Below, one piece after another: positions 41,542 through 51,447 of a DNA stretch of 64,000 nucleotides. The DNA is from a bacterium. Lineage in GTDB: Bacteria > Patescibacteriota > Dojkabacteria > JAKAPS01 > JAJZLI01. Position numbers and translations under genes: made by a program. The stretch spans positions 7,899 to 71,898 of the forward strand of contig JAJZWL010000004.1 of assembly GCA_021846685.1 (NCBI GenBank), read 5' to 3'. Each line of letters opens with the position of its first letter. Position 1 is the first letter of the stretch. The notes beneath the pieces are model-generated. The model had not been told where the DNA came from. It ran no database searches and saw nothing but the letters and a program-made list of their open reading frames with translations.

Positions 41542-43002
41542 ATGTATTTTAATAAAGTTCAATATAGAAAATATGCACAATTATTTTTGCAGTCTATCAA
41601 GGCTCAAAAAGTAGATTTTTGTGAGATACGATTTCAGGAAAATTTAATAGAAGATATTTCTTTTAAAAATTTAAATATAGAGAATATATATAATATAGAT
41701 AGGAGAGGAGTCTCAATAAGGGTTTTGTATAATGGAAATTGGGGATTTTCAGCATCTAGTGATATAAGTCAAAAAACTATAGAAGATATTTTTAATGAAG
41801 CTTTTGGTATGGTCGAGCACCTTAGTGAAGGTACTGTTAAAATTACATCTGAAGAAGTTTATCAGGATGAAGATATACAGGAGGTTTTAATTAATCCTTT
41901 TGAAGTCCCTATTTCAGAAAAAATAGAATATATCTCTTCTATTCAAAATGATATTCTTAAAGAGAAAAATATAGATTTTGCAGATGCTTCATTAATACAG
42001 GTATATGAAAAAAAACTTTATCTTAACTCTTCAGGTTCAGATATATATCAAGAAAGATGTAGGTTATTTCCATCTTTTATGATGTATAGAGTAAATCCTG
42101 AATTAACCACATTAAAATTTTATACTAGACCAGTTAGTGAAGGTTATGAATATTTTAAGAATTTTCCATTTAAAGAAGAAATATTAAGAGCCAATGAAAA
42201 TATATATCAAAAATCTAAGGCTAAGGAAGTAATATCAGGAAAATATAATTTATTAATAGATCCTTCAAACTTATGGTTAACTATTCATGAATCTATAGGA
42301 CATTCAACTGAAATGGATAGAGTGCTTCTGTATGAAGCTAATTATGCAGGTTCTTCATTTGCTTCTGTAGATGGGATAGGGGAGTTAGTATATGGGTCTG
42401 AAAAGGTTAATATTGTAGGAGACAGAACTCAAAAAAATGGACTTGCTAGTGTTAAATATGATGATGAAGGAGTAAAAACTTCTAAATTTGATATCATAAA
42501 AAATGGACTATTAGAAGATTTACAAACAAACAGAGAAATAGCAGCTTTCTCTGGAAGAGAAAATTCTAATGGATGTTCTTTTGCAAATTCATATTCCTCA
42601 TTTCCTTTGCAAAGAATGCCTAATGTATCTCTATTACCTAATCAAACTAAAGATCTTGGTTTTAAAGATATGTTGAATATTATGGGAGATGGGATATATA
42701 TAAAAGGTGATGGAAGTTGGAGTATTGATATGCAGAGATATAATTTTCAATTTACAGGAGATCTTTTTTATGAAGTTAAAGCTGGTAAAATAGTAGGTAT
42801 GGTTAAAGATCTTTCTTATCAGTCTAATACACAAGATTTTTGGAAAAGTTGTGTAGAAGTAGGAGGACAGAGCACTTATTCGTTAGAAGGTGCATTTAAC
42901 TGCGGAAAAGGGCAACCTTCTCAAGTGGCACCAGTATCTCATGGAGCTCCAGTATCTCTATTTAAAGATATTAAGGTTTTAAATACAAAAAATGAAAATT
43001 AA
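41542..43002 (+). CDS. tldD: TldD family metalloprotease
   Basis: G.SIRV...G.WGF, HESIGH (HExxGH), DDEG, RMPN and CGKGQP motifs. Confidence 0.93.
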   Translation: MYFNKVQYRKYAQLFLQSIKAQKVDFCEIRFQENLIEDISFKNLNIENIYNIDRRGVSIRVLYNGNWGFSASSDISQKTIEDIFNEAFGMVEHLSEGTVKITSEEVYQDEDIQEVLINPFEVPISEKIEYISSIQNDILKEKNIDFADASLIQVYEKKLYLNSSGSDIYQERCRLFPSFMMYRVNPELTTLKFYTRPVSEGYEYFKNFPFKEEILRANENIYQKSKAKEVISGKYNLLIDPSNLWLTIHESIGHSTEMDRVLLYEANYAGSSFASVDGIGELVYGSEKVNIVGDRTQKNGLASVKYDDEGVKTSKFDIIKNGLLEDLQTNREIAAFSGRENSNGCSFANSYSSFPLQRMPNVSLLPNQTKDLGFKDMLNIMGDGIYIKGDGSWSIDMQRYNFQFTGDLFYEVKAGKIVGMVKDLSYQSNTQDFWKSCVEVGGQSTYSLEGAFNCGKGQPSQVAPVSHGAPVSLFKDIKVLNTKNEN

Positions 43003-44332
43003 TAAACTAAAACAAATAATAAATGATAATATAGATTCTAAAGAATATTATGTAGTAATGCATGAAACTAGTGAGTATAATATTAGATTTTCTAACAATA
43101 GAGTAATCTCAAATAGAATATTAAAAGCTTCTAGTATAGAAATTATAACTATTATTGATAAAAAAACAGGTATAGCAACTACAGATGATTTGTCTGAACA
43201 ATCAATCATTAATTGTATTAAGAAATCACATAATATTGCTCTTCAATCTGAAGTTAATTCAGAATATATGCCTTTAATAGAAAATGAGCAGTATGATGAT
43301 AGTGATAATACGAAAATAGATTTTAAAAAAGATGTTTCAGATATAGAAACCTTCCTTTATTCCGTATTTAATAAAGATCCAGAATTAAGAATATTTGGAT
43401 TTATAACAGGAGAAATTTCAAATATATCTGTATTTAATTCTAGTAAATTATTTAAAAGAACTACTTTGCCTAGATTCTCTTACTCTATGAATATTAAAAA
43501 TGAGAAACTCACTCGATCTGTTTGGAGAGGAGCTGTTTCTTCTGTAAATAATATTCAAATTTTAAAAGATTTATATGAGGAACTTTTAAAAGATTATTCA
43601 TATACTTCAATAAGGAAAAAAGTAGATGCAGGAAGATATAATGTTGTACTTTCTCCATCTGCGTTGGGAGATCTACTTTTATATATGTTATTTTTTCTTT
43701 CTGCAGTAGATGCTGATGATAAAAAATCACCATTTACAGGATTACTTGGAACTAAGGTTTTTCCTGATAATATTAATCTTTATACAGACCCTAATACTGA
43801 ATATATAAAATCATTACCTTTTCTAGTCGCTAATTTCTCAGATGTAAACCCTATATTTGATATAGGTGCATCTCTAAGTAAAAAAAGTATTATAGAGAAA
43901 GGTATCTTAAAAGGATTAATATCTACTAGATACTATGATAATAAAATGAATTATAAAAATAATATTTTCCCTGTATCAAACTTAATATTGGAAGGTTCTG
44001 ATATTGAGTATAATGATTTTATTAAAAATATAGATAATGCCATATATATTAATAATTTATGGTATATAAGAGGAGTAGATCCTATTACAGGTCTTTTGAC
44101 AGGGGTTACTAGAGATGGGGTATATAAGATAGAGCATGGTAAAATTGTGTATAGTATGAATAATTTTAGGTTTAATCAGTCTCCTTTAAAAGTTTTGGCA
44201 AATATAGAAGCAATGTCAATGTCGTATCTTTCTTGTCCTCGAGAATTTGGAGACAGTATAGTATCTAACGTTATTTGTCCATATACCCTTGTCAAAGATT
44301 TCAATTTGTCCTCTGTATCAAAAGCTATTTGA
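42992..44332 (+). CDS. TldE/PmbA-like partner subunit
   Basis: Follows tldD; G.Y.VVLSP, WYIR.VDP and TG.TRDG...IE.G motifs; lacks HExxH. Confidence 0.88.
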   Translation: MKINKLKQIINDNIDSKEYYVVMHETSEYNIRFSNNRVISNRILKASSIEIITIIDKKTGIATTDDLSEQSIINCIKKSHNIALQSEVNSEYMPLIENEQYDDSDNTKIDFKKDVSDIETFLYSVFNKDPELRIFGFITGEISNISVFNSSKLFKRTTLPRFSYSMNIKNEKLTRSVWRGAVSSVNNIQILKDLYEELLKDYSYTSIRKKVDAGRYNVVLSPSALGDLLLYMLFFLSAVDADDKKSPFTGLLGTKVFPDNINLYTDPNTEYIKSLPFLVANFSDVNPIFDIGASLSKKSIIEKGILKGLISTRYYDNKMNYKNNIFPVSNLILEGSDIEYNDFIKNIDNAIYINNLWYIRGVDPITGLLTGVTRDGVYKIEHGKIVYSMNNFRFNQSPLKVLANIEAMSMSYLSCPREFGDSIVSNVICPYTLVKDFNLSSVSKAI

Positions 44333-44367
44333 TTTTTGTTGTAAAACTATATAATATATATACATAT

Positions 44368-45132
44368 ATGAACTTTTTGAATAATTCTGATAAACTTTCG
44401 TCTTATACTTCAAACCTAAAGAAAGATAACGCAACAAATTCTAAAGGTTTTAATAGAAACTTTGTTTATTTTTTTATATCCTTATTTACTATTGTTATAG
44501 TATTTTCTTTCTTTATATTTAAAAAACCTCTCACTATAATTTCAGATGCAGCTAGTAATACATTCTCTCAAAAGTTAGTTATGGCTGAAAATGTAACAAC
44601 TATTAAAAATAATAGTCAAGCTAATCTTGATAGAATTGCAGGTGTGAAATTAATGAATCCTAAAATTGATCATGCTAGGATTTTGGCAGCTGTTATACCT
44701 TCAAAAAATGCTGAAATCACTGGGAATATTAGCTCTACTTCAAATGCTAATGTATTAGTTTTGACTAATTTTCTGGTCTCTCATGGATCTCCTATGGCAC
44801 CATATGCTGCTGATTTCATTAAATATGGAGATCTATATGGTGTAAATTGGAGAACTTTAGTGGGGATATCTGGTGTAGAGTCAGGATTTGGTAGAGTAAT
44901 TCCTGAAAGTAATTCTGGTGCATTATCATATAATGCTTGGGGATGGACTGGAGGGGGAAGTGAATTTAGTGGATTTTCAGGGTTTTCTTCATGGCCTAAT
45001 GCAATACAATCAATTGCTCGCGGAATATCATCTGCTTATGGAAATGAATCTCCTTATATTATGCAACCAGCATATGATCCCCCTAATCCATCATGGGCCC
45101 CAAATGTTCAAAGTTATATTAATCAACTATAA
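44368..45132 (+). CDS. Membrane-anchored peptidoglycan hydrolase (lysozyme/glucosaminidase-like)
   Basis: Single TM; ISGVESGFG, NAWGW, F.SW..AI and Y.P...W motifs. Confidence 0.7.
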   Translation: MNFLNNSDKLSSYTSNLKKDNATNSKGFNRNFVYFFISLFTIVIVFSFFIFKKPLTIISDAASNTFSQKLVMAENVTTIKNNSQANLDRIAGVKLMNPKIDHARILAAVIPSKNAEITGNISSTSNANVLVLTNFLVSHGSPMAPYAADFIKYGDLYGVNWRTLVGISGVESGFGRVIPESNSGALSYNAWGWTGGGSEFSGFSGFSSWPNAIQSIARGISSAYGNESPYIMQPAYDPPNPSWAPNVQSYINQL

Positions 45133-45167
45133 ATTTTTATTAACGTAATATATATAATTTCCCCCAA

Positions 45168-45212
45168 ATAGCATTGTCAGTATTGACAATGCTATAGGTT
45201 TTTTGCTATTAT
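45168..45212 (+). terminator. Perfect 12-bp hairpin; terminator and/or operator overlapping a promoter
   Basis: ATAGCATTGTCA-GTAT-TGACAATGCTAT followed by a T-run; contains TTGACA (45183-88) with TGcTATTAT 18 nt downstream. Confidence 0.55.
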
Positions 45213-45254
45213 ATCTTTTTTAGCAAGTTTAGGTCAAATTGGATTTATGTTATT

Positions 45255-45701
45255 ATGACAGAAACTGATATAGGTGAAAAAGAATCTTTTACTGATATTT
45301 CGTCAGAGTTATTTGATTTTTCAAAGAAAGTAATAAGTAAACATTCTGCAACTGTAGTAAGTGAATTTGGCATTGAATCTTTAGATTTACATTATAATAC
45401 TGATCCTGAAAATTCAGAAGGGATACTCCTCTCATTAATAAATGATAATAATCTATCTATTTCCCTATATAGTAGGGAAGACTTGGATGGTGCTATTAGA
45501 GACAGAAATCATCAATATAATTTAACTAGAGATACTAAAAGTTTAAAAATAAAAATAGAAAGTGAAGTATTAGGATATAATATTAGTACTTGTGGTAATT
45601 GTGAAAGAGTTAGGGAATTTATTGAGCTTAATACAGATGACGTTTTTAAAATACTTCAATTAATAAAGATATATTCTTGTTTTTCCGATTTAAATGCTTA
45701 A
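45255..45701 (+). CDS. Hypothetical acidic protein
   Basis: 148-aa ORF downstream of a predicted promoter; no recognised motif. Confidence 0.6.
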   Translation: MTETDIGEKESFTDISSELFDFSKKVISKHSATVVSEFGIESLDLHYNTDPENSEGILLSLINDNNLSISLYSREDLDGAIRDRNHQYNLTRDTKSLKIKIESEVLGYNISTCGNCERVREFIELNTDDVFKILQLIKIYSCFSDLNA

Positions 45702-46128
45702 AATTATGGAAGAATATCAAGGACTTAAAAATGGAAATTTTCCTGATATTCTAAAAAAATTATCTTTATTAAGATTAATAGTAATGAATCATGAACCAAG
45801 AGATTTAGATTCATATTTTAAAAAACCCGGTTTGGATAGTTATTTAAAGCTTGATTATAATGGACTTGATGAAGATGATACAGTTAGTATTTCTTTATTA
45901 TTTTCTAAAGAGGGTAATATTGTTATAAGTGAAAAAAAGAAACCAAATAATCCTCATTTCTCTGAAATATCTAATAATTATTATATTAGTAGTAATAATG
46001 ATATAACCACTATATATCATGAAGTTTCTGAAGATGGTATTGATTATAACCCAACTTATGTAGAATTCAGAGAATTATTAATTCTTTTGGAAAAAATAGA
46101 ATCTCATCAAGATATTATTAATTTATAG
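45694..46128 (+). CDS. Hypothetical acidic protein
   Basis: 144-aa ORF overlapping the upstream stop; no recognised motif. Confidence 0.6.
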   Translation: MLKIMEEYQGLKNGNFPDILKKLSLLRLIVMNHEPRDLDSYFKKPGLDSYLKLDYNGLDEDDTVSISLLFSKEGNIVISEKKKPNNPHFSEISNNYYISSNNDITTIYHEVSEDGIDYNPTYVEFRELLILLEKIESHQDIINL

Positions 46129-46203
46129 ATTTGAATTCATAATATTATATTAAGTGAGTATTGTTGATAAGGTGTAAATTAGTTATAATAAGTAAGTTTT
46201 AAT

Positions 46204-46287
46204 GCCTGGGTGGTGAAATGGTAGACACGCTAGCCTTAGGAGCTAGTGCTAATTCTTAGCATGAAGGTTCAAGTCCTTTCCCAGGCA
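46204..46287 (+). tRNA. tRNA-Leu(TAG)
   Basis: Acceptor GCCTGGG/CCCAGGC, anticodon arm CTAGC-CTTAGGA-GCTAG, long variable arm, T-loop TTCAAGT. Confidence 0.95.
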
Positions 46288-46288
46288 A

Positions 46289-47122
46289 TTATGCAAATTG
46301 TTCCCAATTTATGGAATCAGGATCATTTATCCAAGAATAATTCTTGGGATTATTAATGAAATTTAAATAGCTAGATCCTTTTTTATTATCCATTATATTA
46401 TTATATGACCACTTCTTTTGTTTTTTTATTTTAGGAACATTCTTATAATTGGGATTTTGCACAAATACCTGCTTGGCATTCTTTTTAATTATGTAATATG
46501 AAGCTCCTTTATAGTCATAAATTCCTTTATATATAGTTTTTGCTTTTGCTGATATTAAAGTAGAAAATACTAATGCTGTAGATTTTTGATTTATTATTGT
46601 ATGACCATAATAAGGAGGTACTATAAAAAGATCTCCAGGTTTAAGTTTAAATAAAGATACTTCTGTAATGTTTCCGAAGTCTAATACATCTGCAATTGTT
46701 TTAACCCCCGGCTTATCTGATACTAATCTTTCAGGTTTTTGCAATAAAATTATAGCGTTTCCATGTAGTATCTCTATTACTTCAGGAGCTGCATGATTAG
46801 TTCCTTCTAATATCTCATGATAATGACCATAAGTTTTCATAAACTCTATTCCTGCTAAATTCCCAGACATTATAGTTATATCATGTCTAATATTTTCATT
46901 TTTAAAAATAGATGCATGTTCATTTTTACATAAGTGAAAATATTCTGTGTAAAAAAGTTTTGGATAAACAAGCTGGTCATTTAGAATAACACTTCTCATC
47001 TGATTTAATTCTCTATCTATAATTTTTGATATAGATATATCTTCATTTATCGAGAGTAGTTTATTCTCATTTTCACTACATTGTATTTTTACTCCATTAA
47101 TTGTTTTTAAGTGTATTATCAT
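46289..47122 (-). CDS. Cupin-type glucose-6-phosphate isomerase
   Basis: R.DIT, E..KT.GHYH, PEV.E...G and VPP.YGH..IN cupin PGI motifs. Confidence 0.85.
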   Translation of the reverse strand: MIIHLKTINGVKIQCSENENKLLSINEDISISKIIDRELNQMRSVILNDQLVYPKLFYTEYFHLCKNEHASIFKNENIRHDITIMSGNLAGIEFMKTYGHYHEILEGTNHAAPEVIEILHGNAIILLQKPERLVSDKPGVKTIADVLDFGNITEVSLFKLKPGDLFIVPPYYGHTIINQKSTALVFSTLISAKAKTIYKGIYDYKGASYYIIKKNAKQVFVQNPNYKNVPKIKKQKKWSYNNIMDNKKGSSYLNFINNPKNYSWINDPDSINWEQFA

Positions 47123-48164
47123 GATGATTATTTTCTAAAAGATCATACTGAAGTATGTCATATATAACTAATTGTATTACAGTAACTATTGGTATAGCTA
47201 TTAAAGCCCCTAATAATCCATATAATGTTGCTCCTATAAATATTGCTATAATAAGTATTAAAGGATTGATCCCTATAACTTTTTTCATAATTTGAGGGGC
47301 TATAATGTTTGCTTCTAGTTGTTGAATTAATGCTGTTAAAATTACTGCTAAAATAAATAAATTAGGAGATACAAATAACACTATTACACAAGCTACAATC
47401 CCTGATATTATTGGGCCTACAAAAGGAATTATTTCTGCAAATGCTGCGAATATAGCTATTGGAAATGCATAAGGTATTCCTAATATTGTCAAGAAAAGCC
47501 AAAATAAAAATCCAATTGCTAAACTAATAATAACTTGTCCTATCAACCATGCTCCCAATTGATTTTCAACTTCATAAATAATTCTCAATATTTTTTTTCT
47601 ATACTCTTTAGGGATAATTTGTAATGTAGTATTATAAAAATGATCTTTATAAATAAGCATATATGCTGCCATAACAAAAACTAAAATCAGGTACCCTATT
47701 GTGATAAATATAGATATTGTAGTTGAGGTGATATTGTTTACACTAGATATAAAGATATTATTAATATTTTGGGAAAAATAATTTGAAATATGTAATCTTA
47801 AAGTATTCGCATTTAGATGAAATTGAGATTTTAAGAAAGGAAATAAACTTATTATTCTTACTGGTAGATTTTCTATTGATATAGCAATTTTATTAAGTTG
47901 AGAAGTTATTGGTGTTATTGTAATAAAAAATATTAATATTAATATTAGTATTAGGATTAGTATTGCTATAAATACTGAGAACCCCTTTGGAATTGCCTTC
48001 TTTTCTAACCACACTACTATTGGATTTATAGCAGACATTAATATGAAAGATATAAATATTAGTACGAAAATAGTTGCAATCTTTAAAAGTAAGAATAAGA
48101 GAATAAATATACCAATAACTGTAAGTATTGTTTTTATTGAAATTTCTATTGTTTGATTTTTCAT
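47097..48164 (-). CDS. AI-2E family (PerM) transporter
   Basis: P.V.WLE, WL.GQ, IPFVGP, QQLEAN...P.IM and G..GALIAIP motifs. Confidence 0.92.
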   Translation of the reverse strand: MKNQTIEISIKTILTVIGIFILLFLLLKIATIFVLIFISFILMSAINPIVVWLEKKAIPKGFSVFIAILILILILILIFFITITPITSQLNKIAISIENLPVRIISLFPFLKSQFHLNANTLRLHISNYFSQNINNIFISSVNNITSTTISIFITIGYLILVFVMAAYMLIYKDHFYNTTLQIIPKEYRKKILRIIYEVENQLGAWLIGQVIISLAIGFLFWLFLTILGIPYAFPIAIFAAFAEIIPFVGPIISGIVACVIVLFVSPNLFILAVILTALIQQLEANIIAPQIMKKVIGINPLILIIAIFIGATLYGLLGALIAIPIVTVIQLVIYDILQYDLLENNHHDNTLKNN

Positions 48165-48304
48165 TTCTATTTAATCTTTTTATGAAGAACTTTAGCTTAT
48201 TGTATACTAATTTACCTCGAAACTCAATTCATATCTTTTGCTTTAATATCAAAGTATATGGGTAATTAGTCCTATACTTAAAAACTATTTACATATTTTA
48301 TTGA

Positions 48305-48333
48305 TTGCAATAATATATTTTATTTGTTATATT
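48305..48333 (+). promoter_or_regulatory. Promoter of tRNA-Glu
   Basis: TTGCAA, 17 nt spacer, TATATT preceded by an extended TGn. Confidence 0.6.
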
Positions 48334-48346
48334 CTTTTATTATATT

Positions 48347-48420
48347 GGCCCTGTCGTCTAGTGGCCTAGGACATCAGGTTTTCATCCTGGAAATCGCGGG
48401 TTCGAATCCCGCCAGGGTCA
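48347..48420 (+). tRNA. tRNA-Glu(TTC); anchor of the cassette array
   Basis: Acceptor GGCCCTG/CAGGGTC, anticodon arm TCAGG-TTTTCAT-CCTGG, T-arm GCGGG-TTCGAAT-CCCGC. Confidence 0.95.
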
Positions 48421-48488
48421 ATTAACGCGACACCCCCACTTGAAACATCCCGAATGTATTGATAGAACCTGCCTACAAGTGCGGTTCA
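48416..48488 (+). repeat. Array repeat copy 0 (attL-like: tRNA end, core and right arm only)
   Basis: GGTCAATTAACGCGACACCC...GAAACATCCCGAATGTATTGATAGAACCTGCCTACAAGTG, highly similar to 58981-59046. Confidence 0.9.
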
Positions 48489-48550
48489 TTATCGAAAGTT
48501 TTACTATTTTAAATCAGTTATTTTATAATTAATAATTAAGTTTATTTATA

Positions 48551-49120
48551 TTAATTCAAATTAGTAAATAGTTTTAAAAATCTTTTTTTATCCCAATCGA
48601 ATATAGCATAATCAGGCATTTTAATTTTTGATTGTATTTCTTTTGTAGGCATATCTAAATAAGAAGAGGTAAATGTTGCTAGCATATTACCATGTGATAC
48701 AATTCCAATGTTTTGAAATTTATTCTCATTCTTTACAATTTCTTCAAGTGCTGTATTAAATCTTCCTAAGGCTTCTTCAAAACTTTCACCTCCATCCATT
48801 CTTTGAACCTTCCCACTATACATTGCTTCTTGTTTTTTTTCATATTCAGTCTTTCCTGAAGTAAATTTTAATGTAAATGAGGTAATTTCTGTTAATCTAT
48901 TATCTGTTTTTACAGGAATAATATTTTTAGAAGCTAAAATCAATGTAGTTTCTAAAGCTTTTGTTTGTAGACTTGTATAAATTATATCTATATCTTTTAT
49001 ATCCTTATTATTCGATAAATCATATGCTCTTTCTATACCTTCTTCAGTAAGATTCCAAAGTACAATAGGAATATTCGGTTCTTGTTGAGTTTTTGAATGC
49101 CTAATAAATGTTATTTTCAT
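48551..49120 (-). CDS. Histidine phosphatase (phosphoglycerate mutase superfamily)
   Basis: FIRHS, L...G, TS...KA.ET, L.E, GES and VSHG motifs. Confidence 0.88.
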   Translation of the reverse strand: MKITFIRHSKTQQEPNIPIVLWNLTEEGIERAYDLSNNKDIKDIDIIYTSLQTKALETTLILASKNIIPVKTDNRLTEITSFTLKFTSGKTEYEKKQEAMYSGKVQRMDGGESFEEALGRFNTALEEIVKNENKFQNIGIVSHGNMLATFTSSYLDMPTKEIQSKIKMPDYAIFDWDKKRFLKLFTNLN

Positions 49121-49137
49121 ATGATATAGACTTACTA

Positions 49138-50562
49138 AGTCTTTTCTAATTGAATAATAACCCTGAAATTAAATTGAGAAATATGAGTTTAGTCTTGTAA
49201 AAAGTATATCATTTTCTTTATTAATTTTCTAATTTATCAAATACTTTTTTTAGTGAGTATATATCTTTTAATATTTCATGTTTTTGAATTTGAACTAGCT
49301 TCATGTATTGATTGTGAGAATATCTAAGTTCTATGTTATCCATTTCTTTAAAAGAAAATTCTTTTTTTAAACTTTTACCTTTAGGATCTATGAATTTTAA
49401 TCTTTGGTATGGGGTCATGTAATCAGACTGTTTATATTTTTTCCTTATTCTTCCTTTATCATCTATTTTAATTTCAGGAAACCCACATGGATGATGATAA
49501 TTTAGATATTCATCATAATAATCTTTAAAAAATGTATCTAGTTGAGGTATATATTTAGAATCTATTGGTGTATATCCCATTTCTTTCCTTATTATTGTGT
49601 TTTTTGTTTCTACCTGGCCATTATCTTCTGATCTAAAGGATCGTGATTTTAACTGTTTTACATGCATTCTATTTAATATATTTGATATTACCTTGTTGAT
49701 GAATTCAGATCCGTTATCTGAATGGAATTCTGTTATTTTAAATGGGAAATATTTTAATATATCTTTTAATACTGGAGCAAGGTATCTTTGAGAGATAGCA
49801 GTTACTATATATATTCTCTGCCACTGTGTATGGTAATCTACTACGTTTATGTAATAGAGCTCTTTATCTTCGTTATTTTCTTTTTGATGTACGCTATCTA
49901 TACTGATGTGTCCAGGTAATCCATCTTTACTGAGAGCTTGTCTTATTCCTATAGCTGCGTTTATCGATGCAGTACCTCTAAGATTGTGAGAATTCTTACC
50001 AAGTAATACATATATGTAGCTAACAGATATATCTTTAATGTTTATATAGCTGGTATCTCTATATATTATATACTCATCAACCAAGATCTTTTTTATTGCA
50101 TTTCCATTTGTCTGATGCAGATCTCTTGTTTCATACACTAAGGCTATATCCTCTCTTGTATATTTATTATGGGAATGTGTTCTTTTATACTTTTGCCTTT
50201 CTATTCTACCTGTATTATGCCAAATAGAGCATAGTTTTTTCACTCTATCTTGGGATAGACACAAAACTATGGATGCATAATCTATGATAGTTCCTTTCTC
50301 TTTCTTTGAAAGCTTAAAGTAATTGTGAAATCTTAAAAGTTTTTCCAGCCACTTGCGTCCTTCAGACTTATCTCTAATCTGAAACTCTAACCCTACTTTT
50401 AAAAGATCATCTATTTGAGCTATACTTAACTTGTGTGAGTTTTTCATAATTATGTTCATTCTAAGCTTATTATGACTACTCACACATCTGTTTGCAATTT
50501 TCAGGGTTACTTTCTAATTATTTATCATCCTCTTTCAGGGTTGTTTTACTGTGGACAAGACT
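49138..50562 (-). mobile_element. Insertion sequence (~1.4 kb) with a 5-bp target duplication
   Basis: Imperfect terminal IRs AGTCTT-N14/15-AACCCTGAAA; extra internal TTTCAGGGTT near the right end; TACTA on both sides (49133-37 and 50563-67). Confidence 0.75.
49221..50483 (-). CDS. DDE transposase (rve/integrase-core)
   Basis: SIDSVH, VVD, FHSDNGSEFIN, SR..R..DNG.VE.KN and TPYQR motifs. Confidence 0.9.
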   Translation of the reverse strand: MSSHNKLRMNIIMKNSHKLSIAQIDDLLKVGLEFQIRDKSEGRKWLEKLLRFHNYFKLSKKEKGTIIDYASIVLCLSQDRVKKLCSIWHNTGRIERQKYKRTHSHNKYTREDIALVYETRDLHQTNGNAIKKILVDEYIIYRDTSYINIKDISVSYIYVLLGKNSHNLRGTASINAAIGIRQALSKDGLPGHISIDSVHQKENNEDKELYYINVVDYHTQWQRIYIVTAISQRYLAPVLKDILKYFPFKITEFHSDNGSEFINKVISNILNRMHVKQLKSRSFRSEDNGQVETKNTIIRKEMGYTPIDSKYIPQLDTFFKDYYDEYLNYHHPCGFPEIKIDDKGRIRKKYKQSDYMTPYQRLKFIDPKGKSLKKEFSFKEMDNIELRYSHNQYMKLVQIQKHEILKDIYSLKKVFDKLEN

Positions 50563-50631
50563 TACTATATACAAAATTAACAAAAAATGCTATGATTAAT
50601 TTAATTAAATTAATATTATATATAATAAATT

Positions 50632-51423
50632 ATGGGAGGAATTAATCATCAACCAACTAGTAATATTAGTCTTGCTTTAACTGTAGATGCGGCGCAATCT
50701 CTTACTGAAGGTATGTCTAATCTAATGAGGTCAAATGTTGAAATAGAAAATGTAGTGAAATTAACTGGTTCTAATAGAATTGGAAATGGAAGGTTACACC
50801 TTAAACAGTCCTTACTCTTTATGAGAGCAAGTTTAAATGATTTAGAGTTGGTTCATGATGGAGTTAACCTTATTATTGAAACTCTTTCTAGGGGTGATTA
50901 CAGTCCATTTTCTCCATCTATTATTAATGTGGACGAATTTGTATCAAGGGCTCAAAAAGAAAGTATGTTACCAAAGAGTGATGTGGTTATATGTGCTAGA
51001 GAAGACTGTATAAAAGGTGGTTATGAAGCTATGTTTTCGCATATCATAGAAATGATTGATAGTGCAATATTATCTACCAATTCTTTGATAAATTTGACTA
51101 ATACTATGATTGATGGACCTGAAGGAAAACAAGGTTATTTTTGGTTTACAGTTGAAACTAATAAAAAGCCTTGGAGACAAATTTTTTCTCATACTGTTAC
51201 TATGTGGCAAGATCTCCTTTCATATTGGATGACAAGTGCTCTTATATGCACTGAAGTTCATAATAAAGGGGCTAATATTCCTAGTTTATTTGAAAACATT
51301 TCTAATTTTCTAGATTTCCCAAAATATGATTTTAATAGATTATCTAGGAAAAAAGATATTCAAAAATTAAAATCTAGTTTTAATAGAGATATTACTTACT
51401 CAATAAGTAGAGATATAAAATAA
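50632..51423 (+). CDS. Hypothetical, probably helical protein
   Basis: 263-aa ORF with TATAAT 5 nt before the ATG; no recognised motif. Confidence 0.75.
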   Translation: MGGINHQPTSNISLALTVDAAQSLTEGMSNLMRSNVEIENVVKLTGSNRIGNGRLHLKQSLLFMRASLNDLELVHDGVNLIIETLSRGDYSPFSPSIINVDEFVSRAQKESMLPKSDVVICAREDCIKGGYEAMFSHIIEMIDSAILSTNSLINLTNTMIDGPEGKQGYFWFTVETNKKPWRQIFSHTVTMWQDLLSYWMTSALICTEVHNKGANIPSLFENISNFLDFPKYDFNRLSRKKDIQKLKSSFNRDITYSISRDIK

Positions 51424-51447
51424 GTAATAATATATAAAATATGATCT

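Noticed and set aside
49221-50483. IS transposase as the enzyme that builds the cassette array
   Set aside because: It is a DDE enzyme bounded by its own IRs and target duplication, which are unrelated to the GGTCAA repeats; it looks like a later insertion.
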